Shown: one piece after another, positions 41,351 through 52,731 of the stretch | Layout of the letters: every line of letters begins with the position of its first letter | Position numbering within the stretch: position 1 is the stretch's first letter | Assembly: GCA_963771175.1 (NCBI GenBank) | Contig: CAVYSY010000051.1 | Location: 96,001 to 160,000 of the forward strand | DNA length: 64,000 nt | Source of the DNA: an uncultured delta proteobacterium | GTDB taxonomy: Bacteria; Myxococcota; Myxococcia; Myxococcales; Myxococcaceae | Direction: 5' to 3' | Made by a program: the position numbers and the translations under genes | The notes under the pieces: generated by a model | Databases searched by the model: none | What the model saw: the letters and a program-made list of their open reading frames with translations, nothing else | What the model was told of the DNA's origin: nothing

Positions 41351-42666
41351 ATGTCGCTGCCGCGGACGCCGACGGAGGCCCTGGAGTTCTTCTCCGCGGC
41401 TCAGTCCCTCCAGCATCAAGCTCGGTCTGGAGCGGGTGCTGGCGGCGCTGGAGGCGCTCGGCCACCCCGAGCGCCGCGTCCCCGACGCTCCACGTCGCGG
41501 GCACCAACGGCAAGGGCAGCACCTGCGCCTTCGCCGCCTCGGCCCTCCACGCCGCGGGCCACCGGGTGGGGCTCTACACCTCGCCCCACCTGGTGCGCGT
41601 CAACGAGCGCATCCGCGTGGACGGGGTGGAGATCTCCGACGAGCTGTTCGGCCGGCGCATCCTGGAGGTGCTCGAGCGCGCACCCGGACGCGGCCACCTC
41701 GCTCACCTACTTCGAGTTCGGCACCGTGGTGGCCTTCTGGCACTTCGCCCAGGAGGCCGTGGACGTGGCGGTGCTGGAGATGGGCCTGGGCGGGCGCCTG
41801 GATGCCACCAACGCGTGCCAGCCGCTCGTCACCGCCATCACCCCGGTGTCCTTCGATCACATGGAGTACCTCGGCCACACCCTCGGGGCGATCGCCGGGG
41901 AGAAGGCCGGCATCCTCAAGCCGGGCGTGCCCGTGGTGGTGAGCCGCCAGGAGCCCGAGGCCCTCGCCGCCATCGAGCGCAGGGCAGGGGAGGTGGGCGC
42001 GCCCGCTGCTCCTCGAGGGCCGGGACTTCTCCCTGGTCGCCCGCCCGGAGGGGGGCCTCGCCTACGAGGGGCCGGGCGCTCTCGCTGGAGGGCCTCACCC
42101 TGGGCCTGCGCGGGCCGCACCAGCTCCAGAACGCGGCGGTGGCGCTCGCGGCGCTGGAGTTGCTCTCGCTCGAGGGGAGTGCCTGTCTCCCCGGAGGCCC
42201 TGCGGACGGGACTGGCGAGGGCTCGCTGGCCCGGGCAGATCTGGAGGAGCTGGGCGGCCAGCCCCCCGTGCTGCTGGACGGGGCCCACAACCCCGCGGGC
42301 GTCGAGGTGCTGCTCGCGGGCTTGCGCTCCCTCTACCCGGGACGTCGCCGTCCACTGCGTCTTCGGCGTGGTGGCCGACAAGGAGCGCGGACCGATGCTG
42401 CGTGCCCTCCTGCCAACCTGTACCTCGGTACACCTCACGCCACTGGACACCCCGCGCTCCCTTGGCCCGGAGTCGCTACGTCGACGAGGCCCGTGCCCTG
42501 TGCGCGGACGTGCGTGCATATCCGTCCTTGGACGAGGCGCTGGCCGGTGCGCGAGGGCGAGCGGCCCCGGGAGACGTCATTCTGTGCACCGGTTCGCTGT
42601 TTCTGGTGGGGGCCGTGCGCGCGCAGGCTCGGCGGAAACCTTGGCGCATTGCATCACAGTCCGTAG
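41351..42666 (+). CDS. folC: folylpolyglutamate synthase / dihydrofolate synthase (apparent frameshifts)
   Basis: [49 protein letters not shown]. Confidence 0.95.
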
Positions 42667-42675
42667 ATTCACAGC

Positions 42676-43957
42676 ATGCGTTTGCCGGACTGGAGAGCAG
42701 CGACTCCCACTGGGCCCCACACCCCCACGGTCGACGAGGTCGACTTCCGCTCGCTGTACCAGAAGACGAAGTACGTGGTGGAGACGGCCGACGGCTGGTC
42801 GCTGGTCATCACCCGCTACCGGCCGGTGAAGCAGCCCTTCGCGCAGCCGCTCTTCGGTGAGCCGCTGCTGCTGGTGCACGGCTTCTCGCAGAACCGCCAC
42901 ACCTGGACGAGCGGCCAGTTCGTCAAGAACCTGCTCTTCTTCGGCGTGGACATCCACATCCTGGAGCTGCGCGGGCACGGCAAGAGCTCGCATCGAGTTC
43001 CAGAGCGAGCGCGCCGCGCGCTTCCGCCGACCGCTGCCCGCCGGACCTGGACTACGGCTGGGACATCGACAGCTACTTCCTCTACGACCTGCCCGCGGCG
43101 GTGTCCGGGGTGAAGCGCATCACCCGGCGCGAGCGCATCTTCTACTGCGGCCACTCCATGGGCGGGATGCTCGGCTACGGCTACGCCGGCATCCACGACG
43201 ACTTCGAGGGCCTCATCACCATCGGCGCGCCGGCGGACCTGGGCCGCGGCTTCGTCGCTGCTGCGGATGCTCGCCCTGGGCACTCCGGCGCTGGGCGACG
43301 CCATCGACCTCGCGATCGCCGGCCTCAACCTGGAGGCGCGGGTGGGGCACGCGGGGCGGATGCTGCTCGCGCCGGGCGCCTCCGTGCTCAACGAGAGCAT
43401 GGCCCGGTGGCTGGAGCCCAAGGAGGGGCCTCAACGCCGCCAGTTCCACTACATCCCGGTGGACGACTGGCTGAAGTTCGCTCGAGCGACAGCTCGCCCG
43501 CGCCGAGGAGTACCCGCTCTTCAACCGCATCACCACCCGCGTCAACCGGTTGAGCAACCCCGCCCGCGTCAGCGCCCAGGACATCCGCTGGCTGCTGCGC
43601 GAGGGCGGCGAGCGCGAGCCTCGCAAGGTGGTGGAGCAGTTCGCCCGGTGGGTGCGCCGCGGCGAGCTGGTCTGCTACCGCACCGGCTACGACTTCAAGC
43701 GGGGCTTCTCGAAGATTCACATCCCCATGGCCATCATCTTCGGGGACATGGATCCGCTGGCCTCGGTGGAGTCCACCCGGAGCGTGTACCACGCGGCCCA
43801 GAGCGAGTACCTGCTGTGGCGGCCGGTGAAGGGCAACAGCCACATCGAGCTGACGATGGGGCACGACATCCGGCAGATCTGCTACGACATCAAGAACCTC
43901 ATCGAATACGCGCGCACCCACCGCACCCGGAAACCGGCGTTGCCCCGGTTGCGTTGA
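42676..43957 (+). CDS. alpha/beta hydrolase (apparent frameshifts)
   Basis: LLVHGF, ELRGHG, YDLPAA, GHSMGG, GDMDPL, SHIEL. Confidence 0.85.
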
Positions 43958-44068
43958 GTGGCCGGCCCGGGTTGCGTTGCGCACATTTCCAGTGGACTGG
44001 AAAGTTGGAGCCCGTGCGCTACATGCTACCTTGAGGCTGGAATGCGTCCGTCCAGAGTGGAGTCGTCG

Positions 44069-45591
44069 ATGAATGCCGTGGTGGTTTCGCTGCTCGCCTG
44101 CGTGCTGGTGCCCTTCCTGGCGCGCGCGCAGGAGGGGCAGGCCCAGGGCAATCTCAACACCATCACGAGCGTGAGCGTGCGGGGCGGCACGGTGGAGATC
44201 GTCGGGACGAAGAAGCCCAACTTCACCACCTTCACGATGACGGACCCGCCCCGACTGGTCATCGACATCTCCGAGGCCGTCTTCTCCGGGGTGAAGGAGG
44301 ACGCTGGCCGTCGGCAATGGCACCATCAGCGGCATCCGCACGGCCAGCTACGGCTCGGATGAGTCGGCCATCGCCCGCGTGCTCATCGGCTACGAGCGCG
44401 AGGTGGAGACGGACATCCAGGCCACCGGCAACTCGCTCGTGGTGAATGTGGTGGGCGGTGGCGCGGCCGTGGCGGCCCGGCCCACGGCTCCGGCCGGCCC
44501 GGCTCCGGCGGGCGCCGCTCCGACGGGGACGGCCACGACGCCTGGTACCACCGCGGAGCAGGCGGCCGTGGCGGCCCAGGCGGATCGGCAGCAGCAGGAG
44601 CGTGCCGCGGCGGATGCGGCGGCGGCGGCCCAGGTGGACCAGAAGCAGCAGGAGCGCGCGGCGGCGGACGCGGCGGCGGCGGCCCAGGCGGAGCGGCAGC
44701 AGCAGGAGCGCGCGGCGGCGGATGCGGCGGCGTCGGCCCAGGCGGACGCCGAGGCCCAGCGTCAGGCCCAGGCGCGCGCGGCGGCCGATCGCAAGGCCCA
44801 GGAGGAGTCCGCGCGAGCGGCGGCGGCTCAGTCGGAGCAGCAGCGCCTCCAGCAGGAGCGTGCTGCGAAGGAGGCGGCCGCGGCCGCCGAGAAGCAGCGC
44901 CGCGAGGACGAGGCTCGCGCCGCCGCCGAGGAGAAGAAGCGCCAGCAGGCCGAGGCCCAGGCTTCCGCGGCCTCCGCCGCCGAGGAGAAGAAGCGCCAGC
45001 AGGCCGAGGCGCGCGAGCGCCAGCGTGAGGAGGCCCAGGCCGCCGCGGAGGAGAAGAAGCGCCAGCAGGAGGAGGCCCGCGCCGCCGCGGAGGAGAAGAA
45101 GCGCGAGCAGGCCGAGGCGCGGCAGCGTCAGCGTGAGGAGGCCAAGGCCGCCGCGGAGGAGAAGAAGCGCGCAGCAGGCCGAGGCGCGTCAGGCTCGCGT
45201 CGCCCAGGCCGAGACGCCGCGCCGGGCTCCGGAGCAGGGGGAGCGCCTCGGCGTCTCCTCGGGCCGCACGACGCTGACGCTGGTGGGCTTCCGGCAGGAG
45301 TCCACGGGCTCGCGCGTCTTCGTGCGCACCAACGAGCCCGTTCGCTACTCCGTCTCCCGGGGCGAGAAGATGGTGGTGCTGGAGCTGGAGAACACCCGCA
45401 TCGCCGAGTCCAACAACACCCGTGCGCTGGACACCTCCTTCTTCGATACGGCGGTGGTCGCGGTGGATGCGGACGTGGGGCCCTCGAACACGGTGCGCGT
45501 GGCCATCCGGCTCAAGGAGCAGGTGCCCTACCAGACGCACCAGGAGGGCAACGAGGTCTCCATCGAGTTCCAGCGCCCCGCTGGCCGCTGA
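44069..45591 (+). CDS. AMIN-domain envelope protein with long Ala/Glu/Gln/Lys repeat linker (apparent frameshifts)
   Basis: Signal peptide; FTMTDPPRLVIDI; tandem QQERAAADAAA and EEKKRQQ repeats; C-terminal LELENTRI...RALDTSFF domain. Confidence 0.8.
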
Positions 45592-45636
45592 TGCTGATAT
45601 AGGGCAGCGCGACGCCCCACCTGCGTCGAGAGGGTC

Positions 45637-48189
45637 ATGAGCTTCCTGCTGCCGGTGGCCGTGCTGCTGGTTTCGGCACAGCTACCTCTGTCCACCCAAC
45701 TCCAGCTCCCCACGGGGGAGACCGTGGAGCTGGCCGCCGACTACGTCCTGTACGAGCCGGGGAGTCAGGTGCTCACCGCGCGCGGCCACACCGTGCTGCG
45801 CTCGGGAGAGGTGCTGCTGCGCGCCGACGAGGTCACCTACGACCAGGCCAACGAGGTCGCCGTCGCCAAGGGCAACGTCATGCTCGTCAGCGGCTTGATG
45901 GCCGCCGTGGCCGACGAGGTGTCGGTGGACGTGAAGTCGCTCGAGGCCAACGTGAAGGGCGGCCTCTTCATGCAGAAGCGCGGCGTCTCCCCGGAGGCGC
46001 TGCTCGCCGCGCAGACGCCCCAAGAGCTGCGCGACCTGGGCGAGACGCCCGTGCTGATGAGCGGTACGCGCATCAAACGCACCGGACAGAACTCCTTCCA
46101 GGTGGACGGGCTCGCCTTCGCCCCGTGCCTCTGTGATGCGGACACGCCCACCTGGCGCATGGAGGCCAGCAGCGCCACCGTGGAGCTGGACGACCACGCC
46201 ACGCTCACCTGGCCGGTGGTGTACGTGCACTCGGTGCCGGTGTTCGCGCTGCCCTGGGTGTACGTGCCCCTGGCCGAGCGGCGCAGCGGCCTGCTCGTCC
46301 CGCGCCCCACGACGAGCGGCCTCAACGGCTTCTCCTTCGAGCAGCCGGTGTTCGTCACGCTCGGGCGCAGCTACGACCTCACCCTCACCCCCGCCTTCTA
46401 CCTGGGGGCCCCCGAGGCGGAGGTCTCGCGCTGGATACCCTCGACGGGCGAGACGTTGACCCGGCTCGAGCCGACCCGGAACGGCATCCGGGGGCCGCGC
46501 CTGCTCACGGAGTTCCGTTACATGCCCTCGAGGCGCACCGAGGGCCGTGCCACGCTGGGTCTGCTCTACGACCTCAAGCCCGTGCGCAACCCGGTCACGG
46601 GCGACTACTTCCTCGATGCCCAGCACGAGCTCATCCGCGAGCGGCGCGGGCTGCGCGGCGAGGCCTCTCTGCAGCACAAGCAGGAGCTGGGCGGTGGTTT
46701 CCACGACCGCATCGATGCCTTCGTCGTCTCCGACGGCTTCTACACGCGCGACGTCACCGCGGACATCGTGGCCCGCGAGAACCAGTACCTGCGCAGCACC
46801 GGCGTCCTCTACCACCGGGGCGACGACCGCTGGGCGGGCCTGGAGGTGGGTCTCCGCCAGGACATCCGCTGGGGCTACAGCCTGCTGGGTGGCAACGACG
46901 CTCCCGCCGGGGCGGTGCTCGACCGGCCCATCATTCCCGCGCCTCGCACCCTCCAGAAGCTCCCCGCGCTGACCTGGGCCCTGCCCGAGCGGCCCCTCCC
47001 CGGCGGGCTGGTGGGCAGCCTGCAGGTGGGGTTCACCCGCCTGTCTCCGCTGAGCTCCCTCTTTGGCGATGAGGGCGAGGACGGCCGCTACGACCCGGAT
47101 CGGCTGCTGACCGCCGCCAATCCCGGGGGCACCCGGGAAATCGATACCGCCCAGGGCAACGGCATCTTCGACGCCTCGGACCGGGAGGCGAGGGACCGGT
47201 TGGATGTACTCCCCCGGGTGTCCTCCTCGTTCGCCCTGGGCCGGTTCGCTCGCCTCACCCCCGCGCTCGCGCTGCGTCAGGACTTCTATGTGGGGGAGGT
47301 CTCCGGCCGGACGGCGCAGCGGGGCTACCCCCTCCTGGACCTGGTCGCGGACTCCGAGCTGGCGCGGACCTTCGAGCTCGGCGGCACCTCCCTCCGGCAC
47401 TCCATCATGCCCTCCGTGTGGCTGCGCTATGTGCCCATCGTCTGGGGAGGCCTGCCCTCGCCCGGTGCCTCGCCGGATGGCCCGGGTCAGGCCTATGACG
47501 AGATCGACGCCGCCCTGCCCGCCACCCCCGTGGGCGCGGCGCCGCGCTTCCTCCACGCCCTGGTGGAGCTGAACCAGACGCTCCTCTCGCGGCGGCAGGG
47601 GATTCGGAGCGAGCTCGTCCGCCTGACCCTCGGGCAGGGGTTCGACCTGTCCAGGTACGCCCCCACGCTGGGGCGCGGCACCGCGCTGGAGGACGATCGG
47701 ACCGTGCGCGACACCTATGGCCGGTTGTCCGCCAATGTGGGCCGCTTCACCGGCAACGGGCTCCTCCGGTATGACCCGAACACCAACCGCATCGCCCAGC
47801 TCAGCGCCGACTTCCGCATCTCCGTTCCCCAGGGGGAGCTCTTCGCCGGTTATGACGACCTGATCGGCGTGGGCTCGGATCGCCTGCGCCGGAGCCTGGA
47901 TGCCCTGGTAGGGCCTGCTCGCACGAGTGACCAGCGAGCACAGTTCCTCAGAGCGGGGACGCAGGTGACGCTCGGCTTTGGGCTCGGGATACGATACGAG
48001 GCCATCGTACAACCACAGGCTCGCAGCGAGTCTCCCCTCAACCAGCAGTGGCTCGCGGTGTCGTATGGCCCCGCGTGCAACTGCTGGCGAATCGAAGGGG
48101 TAGCTCGGCTCGAAAGGGGGCGAGCGCGTCCAGACTTCGGTGTGAACCTCACGATCACCGGGGTGGGGACGTTCGGAACCGGGGGGTAG
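45637..48189 (+). CDS. lptD: LPS-assembly protein LptD
   Basis: OstA-like N-terminus (LRADEVTYD), PC-C, PVFALPW, RRSGLLVP, C-terminal YGPACNCW. Confidence 0.85.
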   Translation: MSFLLPVAVLLVSAQLPLSTQLQLPTGETVELAADYVLYEPGSQVLTARGHTVLRSGEVLLRADEVTYDQANEVAVAKGNVMLVSGLMAAVADEVSVDVKSLEANVKGGLFMQKRGVSPEALLAAQTPQELRDLGETPVLMSGTRIKRTGQNSFQVDGLAFAPCLCDADTPTWRMEASSATVELDDHATLTWPVVYVHSVPVFALPWVYVPLAERRSGLLVPRPTTSGLNGFSFEQPVFVTLGRSYDLTLTPAFYLGAPEAEVSRWIPSTGETLTRLEPTRNGIRGPRLLTEFRYMPSRRTEGRATLGLLYDLKPVRNPVTGDYFLDAQHELIRERRGLRGEASLQHKQELGGGFHDRIDAFVVSDGFYTRDVTADIVARENQYLRSTGVLYHRGDDRWAGLEVGLRQDIRWGYSLLGGNDAPAGAVLDRPIIPAPRTLQKLPALTWALPERPLPGGLVGSLQVGFTRLSPLSSLFGDEGEDGRYDPDRLLTAANPGGTREIDTAQGNGIFDASDREARDRLDVLPRVSSSFALGRFARLTPALALRQDFYVGEVSGRTAQRGYPLLDLVADSELARTFELGGTSLRHSIMPSVWLRYVPIVWGGLPSPGASPDGPGQAYDEIDAALPATPVGAAPRFLHALVELNQTLLSRRQGIRSELVRLTLGQGFDLSRYAPTLGRGTALEDDRTVRDTYGRLSANVGRFTGNGLLRYDPNTNRIAQLSADFRISVPQGELFAGYDDLIGVGSDRLRRSLDALVGPARTSDQRAQFLRAGTQVTLGFGLGIRYEAIVQPQARSESPLNQQWLAVSYGPACNCWRIEGVARLERGRARPDFGVNLTITGVGTFGTGG

Positions 48190-48258
48190 GAATCCCCGGC
48201 GCGTGTGCGTGGTTCTTTCACTCCCTGACGGATTCCCCTGTGGAGGACGAGGCCTTTC

Positions 48259-48609
48259 GTGTCGGAACTCGGCAAACGTATTGGACAGCGCATTCGTGAA
48301 CTTCGCACCCAGCGTCCGGAGCGGTGGACGCAGGAGGAGCTCGCGGAACGGGCGCAAATCAGCGTCTCCTTCCTCTCGATGATCGAGCGGGGAGAGCGCG
48401 TTGCGCATGTGGAAACTCTTGCCGCCCTGGCCTTGGCCCTGGGCGTGAGCCTCGGCGAGCTCTTCGCGGGAACGGAGGAGACTCCGGCGCAGACGGAGGA
48501 CCTGCTGCGCCCGTTGTCGGACTTCGCCCGGGCCAGGGGCCTGACGGCCCGGGATGTAGAGCGCCTGCTGGGCGTGGCTCGCGCCATGTTCAGCGGCTCG
48601 GCGGCCTGA
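48259..48609 (+). CDS. XRE family HTH regulator
   Basis: IGQRIRELR...TQEELAERAQISVSFLSMIERG. Confidence 0.93.
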   Translation: MSELGKRIGQRIRELRTQRPERWTQEELAERAQISVSFLSMIERGERVAHVETLAALALALGVSLGELFAGTEETPAQTEDLLRPLSDFARARGLTARDVERLLGVARAMFSGSAA

Positions 48610-48728
48610 CCCAGCAGCCTGGATGGCTGCCGTCCTTGACGGGACGCATCTGAGACCGGGAAGATGGGAAGTGTTGGCTGTGCGTCAACAACGCGCGGCT
48701 CTCTTCCCCTTCGAAGGAGTCTTCTCAG

Positions 48729-50262
48729 ATGCGTCTGGGTCTCGCCGTGTGGGTGGCGATCACGAGCGGGGTGCTGGCAGCTTGCAGCCCCCCGGCCCCG
48801 TCGACGCTGGAGTTCGTGGAACAATCCCCGCTCCAGCCTCGGCTCGGGGAGATCACCACGTTGAGCTTCCGCGCCATTGATTCTCGAGGCGAACCGCAGC
48901 CGGGTGTGCATGTCGTCTTCGAGCTGCAGGCCCCCGTGTCGGGTGTCGAGCTCAATCCCCTCGAGGCGGATACCAATGTGGGCACGGGTATCGCCTCCAC
49001 CCAGGTGGTGGCCAAGGGAGGCCGTGTGTCCTCCGTGGTCGTCATCGCCCGGGTGGCTGACAAGGTGGCCACCAGCCCCGCGGTCACCTTCGCGGGCTCC
49101 AGCTCCAACTCCCGCCAGTTCACCTTCCAGTGCGGTCCCATCGCCGGTGCCGGCTTCGGGTGGCGTGCACGCCATCGGCGCCTATGACGAGACGCGTCAT
49201 CTGATTGCCGGCGTGAAGCTGAACTGCGTCGCCCACGTGGCGGACCGCAACGGCGACGGCATCAGCGGGGCGCAGGTGTCCTTCCTCACCGAGGCCGGCA
49301 CCATCGGCCCCAGCTCCACCTCCGAGACGGACGTGGTGGGCAATGCCCCGGTCCTCTACAAGACCTCGTTGCCGCTGCCCGAGGACGTGTCCCCGGGCTC
49401 CTTCACCTGGAACCCCTCCACCGATGCCACCCACACTGGCGAGTACCTCGCCCCGCTGTGGATGCACCCGTTCGGCTGGGTGGAGGATCCGATCGCCAAT
49501 TTCGACAAGGAGCCCACCTTCCAGGAGCCGCGCCGGCCGGATCCCATCCGTCCGGGCAAGGAGAACAACCCCCGCGACAACCTGGTGACCATGATCGCCG
49601 TCACCACGGGCGAGGAGGCCTTCGACGACCTCAACAACAACGGCCTCCGGGAGGAGACCGAGCCGTTCGTCGACCTCACCGAGCCCTTCGTCGACAACAA
49701 CGACAACGGCACGTGGGACACGGACGAGCGCTACGTCGACGCCAACGGCAACGGCGTGTGGGATGGCAAGAACGGCAAGTACGACGCCGTCACCCTCATC
49801 TGGGTCCAGGAGCGCATCCTCTGGACGGGCTGGGCGCACAAGGAGGACCGCGAGCCGGCCACCGCGCGCAACCCCAAGCCGGTCATCAAGTCGCTCAAGC
49901 CCGCCCTCCCGGTGACGATCGCCAAGTTCGAAGGGGTGTCCGCGGAGTTCCTGCTGGCGGACCCCTGGTTCAACGGCATGGCCCGCAGCAACGGCGACGA
50001 GGACGGGTGCACCGCGGAGGCGGTGGGGCCCATCGCGGTGGCCCCCATGGCCCGGGGCAGGGCCTTCACCTACCCGGCCTTCACGCTGATGCGCTACCTC
50101 ATCAAGGACACTCGCGATCCCACCGACCCCACCGCCCCGAACTACACCGCCCCTGGCGTCAAGTTCGAGGTGTCGGCGGGCTGCTCCTTCACCGCCTCGC
50201 CGGTGGAGGGCTACAAGACCGTGATCGCGGCGCCCACGGTGAGCGGCTACGTCTTCCCGTGA
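48729..50262 (+). CDS. lipoprotein with invasin-like Ig domains and DxNxNG repeats (frameshift near 49150)
   Basis: Lipobox LAAC; VADRNG...VSFLTEAG; GEEAFDDLNNNG, DL-EPFVDNNDNG. Confidence 0.75.
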
Positions 50263-50281
50263 CGAGGCGCGGCAAAGGGCA

Positions 50282-50338
50282 TTGACCGCGAGCCCCTCCC
50301 TCCGTACCGTCCTCCCTGGCTGATTGCTCTAGTCAACC
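50282..50338 (+). promoter_or_regulatory. sigma-70 promoter with downstream palindromic TetR-type operator
   Basis: TTGACC-N17-TACCGT (50282-50310); imperfect palindrome GGCTGATTGCTCTAGTCAACC (50318-50338). Confidence 0.65.
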
Positions 50339-50357
50339 GGCCGGGGAGAGCCAGCGC

Positions 50358-51071
50358 GTGAGTCCGCAGCAGCGCAAGTCGGAGGAGGCAGGGAGTCGGG
50401 AGAACGAGCGCCGCCGCACCATCCTGCGCGCGGCGATCGAGGTGTTCGCGCGCAAGGGCTACCACGGCTGCCGCATCGCGGACGTGGCGCGCGAGGCGGG
50501 CGTCGCCTACGGGCTCGTCTACCACTACTTCAAGAACAAGGATGAGCTGCTCGAGTCCGTCGTTCGAGACCGGGTGGAGCGGCTTCGTCTCGCGCATGCG
50601 CGCGGTGGCCCAGGGCGAGGGCTCGCTCGAGGAGAAGGTGCGCGGCATCGCGGACGTGGCCTTCGAGGCCTACCGGGTGGATCCGCGCGCGGTGAAGGTG
50701 CTGATCCTGGAGGTCGGCCGCAGCCCCGCGGGCAGCCGGCGGTCAACCGGCAGCACGGCCTTCGCCGATGCCATCCGCATGGCCGCGGACATGTTCGCGC
50801 ACGCCCAGGCGGCGCGGCGAGCTGCGCCCGGACGTCGACCCGATGCTCTGCGCGTCGCTGCTCTTCGGCGCCATCGAGATGGGCCTGACCGCCTTCGTGT
50901 TGGGGCTGATGGAAGACCGCAGTGCCCGAGGCTCTCGACCGGGCCAAGGTGCAGATCGCCGAGACCTTCCTTCACGGCGTCCTTCCCGGCGACGCCACTT
51001 CCGCGGAGGTCGTCATGGAAGCAGGAGAAGTCGCGTCCGGTACCAAGGCGAAGGCGGGCAAGCGCTCCTGA
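50358..51071 (+). CDS. TetR/AcrR family regulator (apparent frameshifts)
   Basis: ILRAAIEVFARKGYH...IADVAREAGVAYGLVYHYFKNKDEL; end approximate. Confidence 0.9.
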
Positions 51072-51804
51072 CCATCGATCGGCCGAGGGCGCGCAACGCG
51101 CTCTCGCCGGAGGTGTTGCAGGGCCTGCTGGCCGCGCTGGACCAGGCCGAGGCCGACCCCGCCGTGCGCGTGGTGGTGCTCACCGGCGCGGGCGAGAAGG
51201 TGTTCTGCGCCGGCGGCGACCTCGGGCAGCTGGGCGGGGAGGGCGGCTTCCTCGCCGGCCACGAGGGGCGCCGCGTCTACGGCGCGGCTGCTGCAGCGGC
51301 TGCAGGACCTGCGCAAGCCCACGGTGGCGCGGGTCAACGGCCACGCGCTCGCGGGCGGGCTGGGGCTGGTGCTCGCGTGCGACCTGGCGGTGGCGGCCGA
51401 GCACGCCGAGCTGGGCACGCCGGAGATCGACGTGGGGCTCTTCCCCATGATGGTGATGGCGCTGCTGCAGCGGCACCTGGGCCGCAAGCGGGCGCTGGAG
51501 CTGGTGCTGACCGGGGAGCGGCTGCCGGCGCGCGAGGCGCTCGCGCTGGGGCTGCTCAACCGGGTGGTGCCCGCGGCCGAGCTGGACACGACGGTGGCGG
51601 GCGCTCGCGGGGAAGCTCGCGGGCAAGAGCCAGGCGGTGCTCGCCCTGGGGCGCCGCGCCTTCTTCACCGCCGAGGACATGCCCCTGCCGGCCGCCCTGG
51701 AGTACCTGGCCTCGCAGCTCTCGCTCAACGTGCTGGCCGAGGACGCCGCCGAGGGCGTCACCGCCTTCCTCGAGAAGCGCCCCCCGAAGTGGAACGACCG
51801 CTGA
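51015..51804 (+). CDS. enoyl-CoA hydratase/isomerase family protein (apparent frameshifts)
   Basis: LTIDRP-ARNAL, FCAGGDL, NGHALAGG, GTPEIDVG, EGVTAFLEKR-P-W. Confidence 0.9.
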
Positions 51805-51832
51805 GCTCTCGAAGTCCCCGAGGAGGTGCCCC

Positions 51833-52728
51833 ATGCCGCTGTCGAAGGACAAGGTCATCGTCACCTGCGCGCTGACGGGCGTGCTGGCGAAGCGAGATCA
51901 GTGCCCCTACCTGCCGTACTCCCCGGTGGAGATCGCCGAGGAGGCCCGGCGCGCCTACGAGGCCGGCGCCGCGGTGGTGCACATCCACGGCCGCGAGCCC
52001 GACTCGGGGGACCAGTCCTGGAGCGCGGACATCTACGGGCAGATCAAGGAAGAGGTGCGCAAGCGCTCGCCCATCATCATCAACTTCTCCACCGGCGGCT
52101 TCAACATGGGGGTGGCGTCCGAGGCGGAGAAGAAGGCGCGGCTGGCCTACGTGTGCGAAGACGCGGCCGGAGATGGCCGCGCTCAACATGGGGTCGATGA
52201 ACTACGCGAAGTACTCGGAGAAGCGGAAGGAGTTCGTCTTCGACTTCGTGTTCCCCAACCCCTTCTCGGACATCCTGCTGGCAGTGCGACGCCATGCGCG
52301 AGGGCGGGGTGAAGCCGGAGCTGGAGTGCTTCGACCTCGGCCACGTCCACAACGCCGAGCCGCTGCTGGCCATGGGCGCGCTCAAGGGGCCGCTGCAGTA
52401 CAGCTTCATCCTCGGCGTGCTCGGCGGCGTGCCGCCCTCGGCGGAGAACCTGCTGGCCATGGCGCGGCAGATCCGCCCCGAGGACACCTGGGAGGTGATC
52501 GGCATCTCCCGGGTGCAGTGGACGCTGGTGGCCGCGGCGCTGGCGCTCGGCGGCAACGTCCGCGTGGGCCTGGAGGACAACTTCTACCTGGACGCGGCCG
52601 GCACGGAGATGGCCAAGGGGAACGGGCCGCTGGTGGAGAAGGCGGTGCGGCTCGCGCGGGACATCGGTCGCGAGCCGATGAGCCCGGACGAGGCCCGGGC
52701 CGCGCTCGGCATCGGCCAGTCCTGGTGA
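51833..52728 (+). CDS. beta-keto acid cleavage enzyme (3-keto-5-aminohexanoate cleavage / DUF849 family; apparent frameshifts)
   Basis: [48 protein letters not shown]. Confidence 0.92.
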
Positions 52729-52731
52729 GCG

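Noticed and set aside
44570..45190. Tandem GAGAAGAAGCGCCAGCAG-type repeats
   Set aside because: Coding repeats of the AMIN protein linker.
45682..48408. Long antisense ORFs (908 aa here, 973 aa at 58941-61862, many others)
   Set aside because: Shadow frames of high-GC genes with no recognisable motifs.
37080..52728. Programmed frameshifting or mass pseudogenisation
   Set aside because: Indels lack a shared slippery motif, hit essential genes and show no other decay; sequencing error is simpler.
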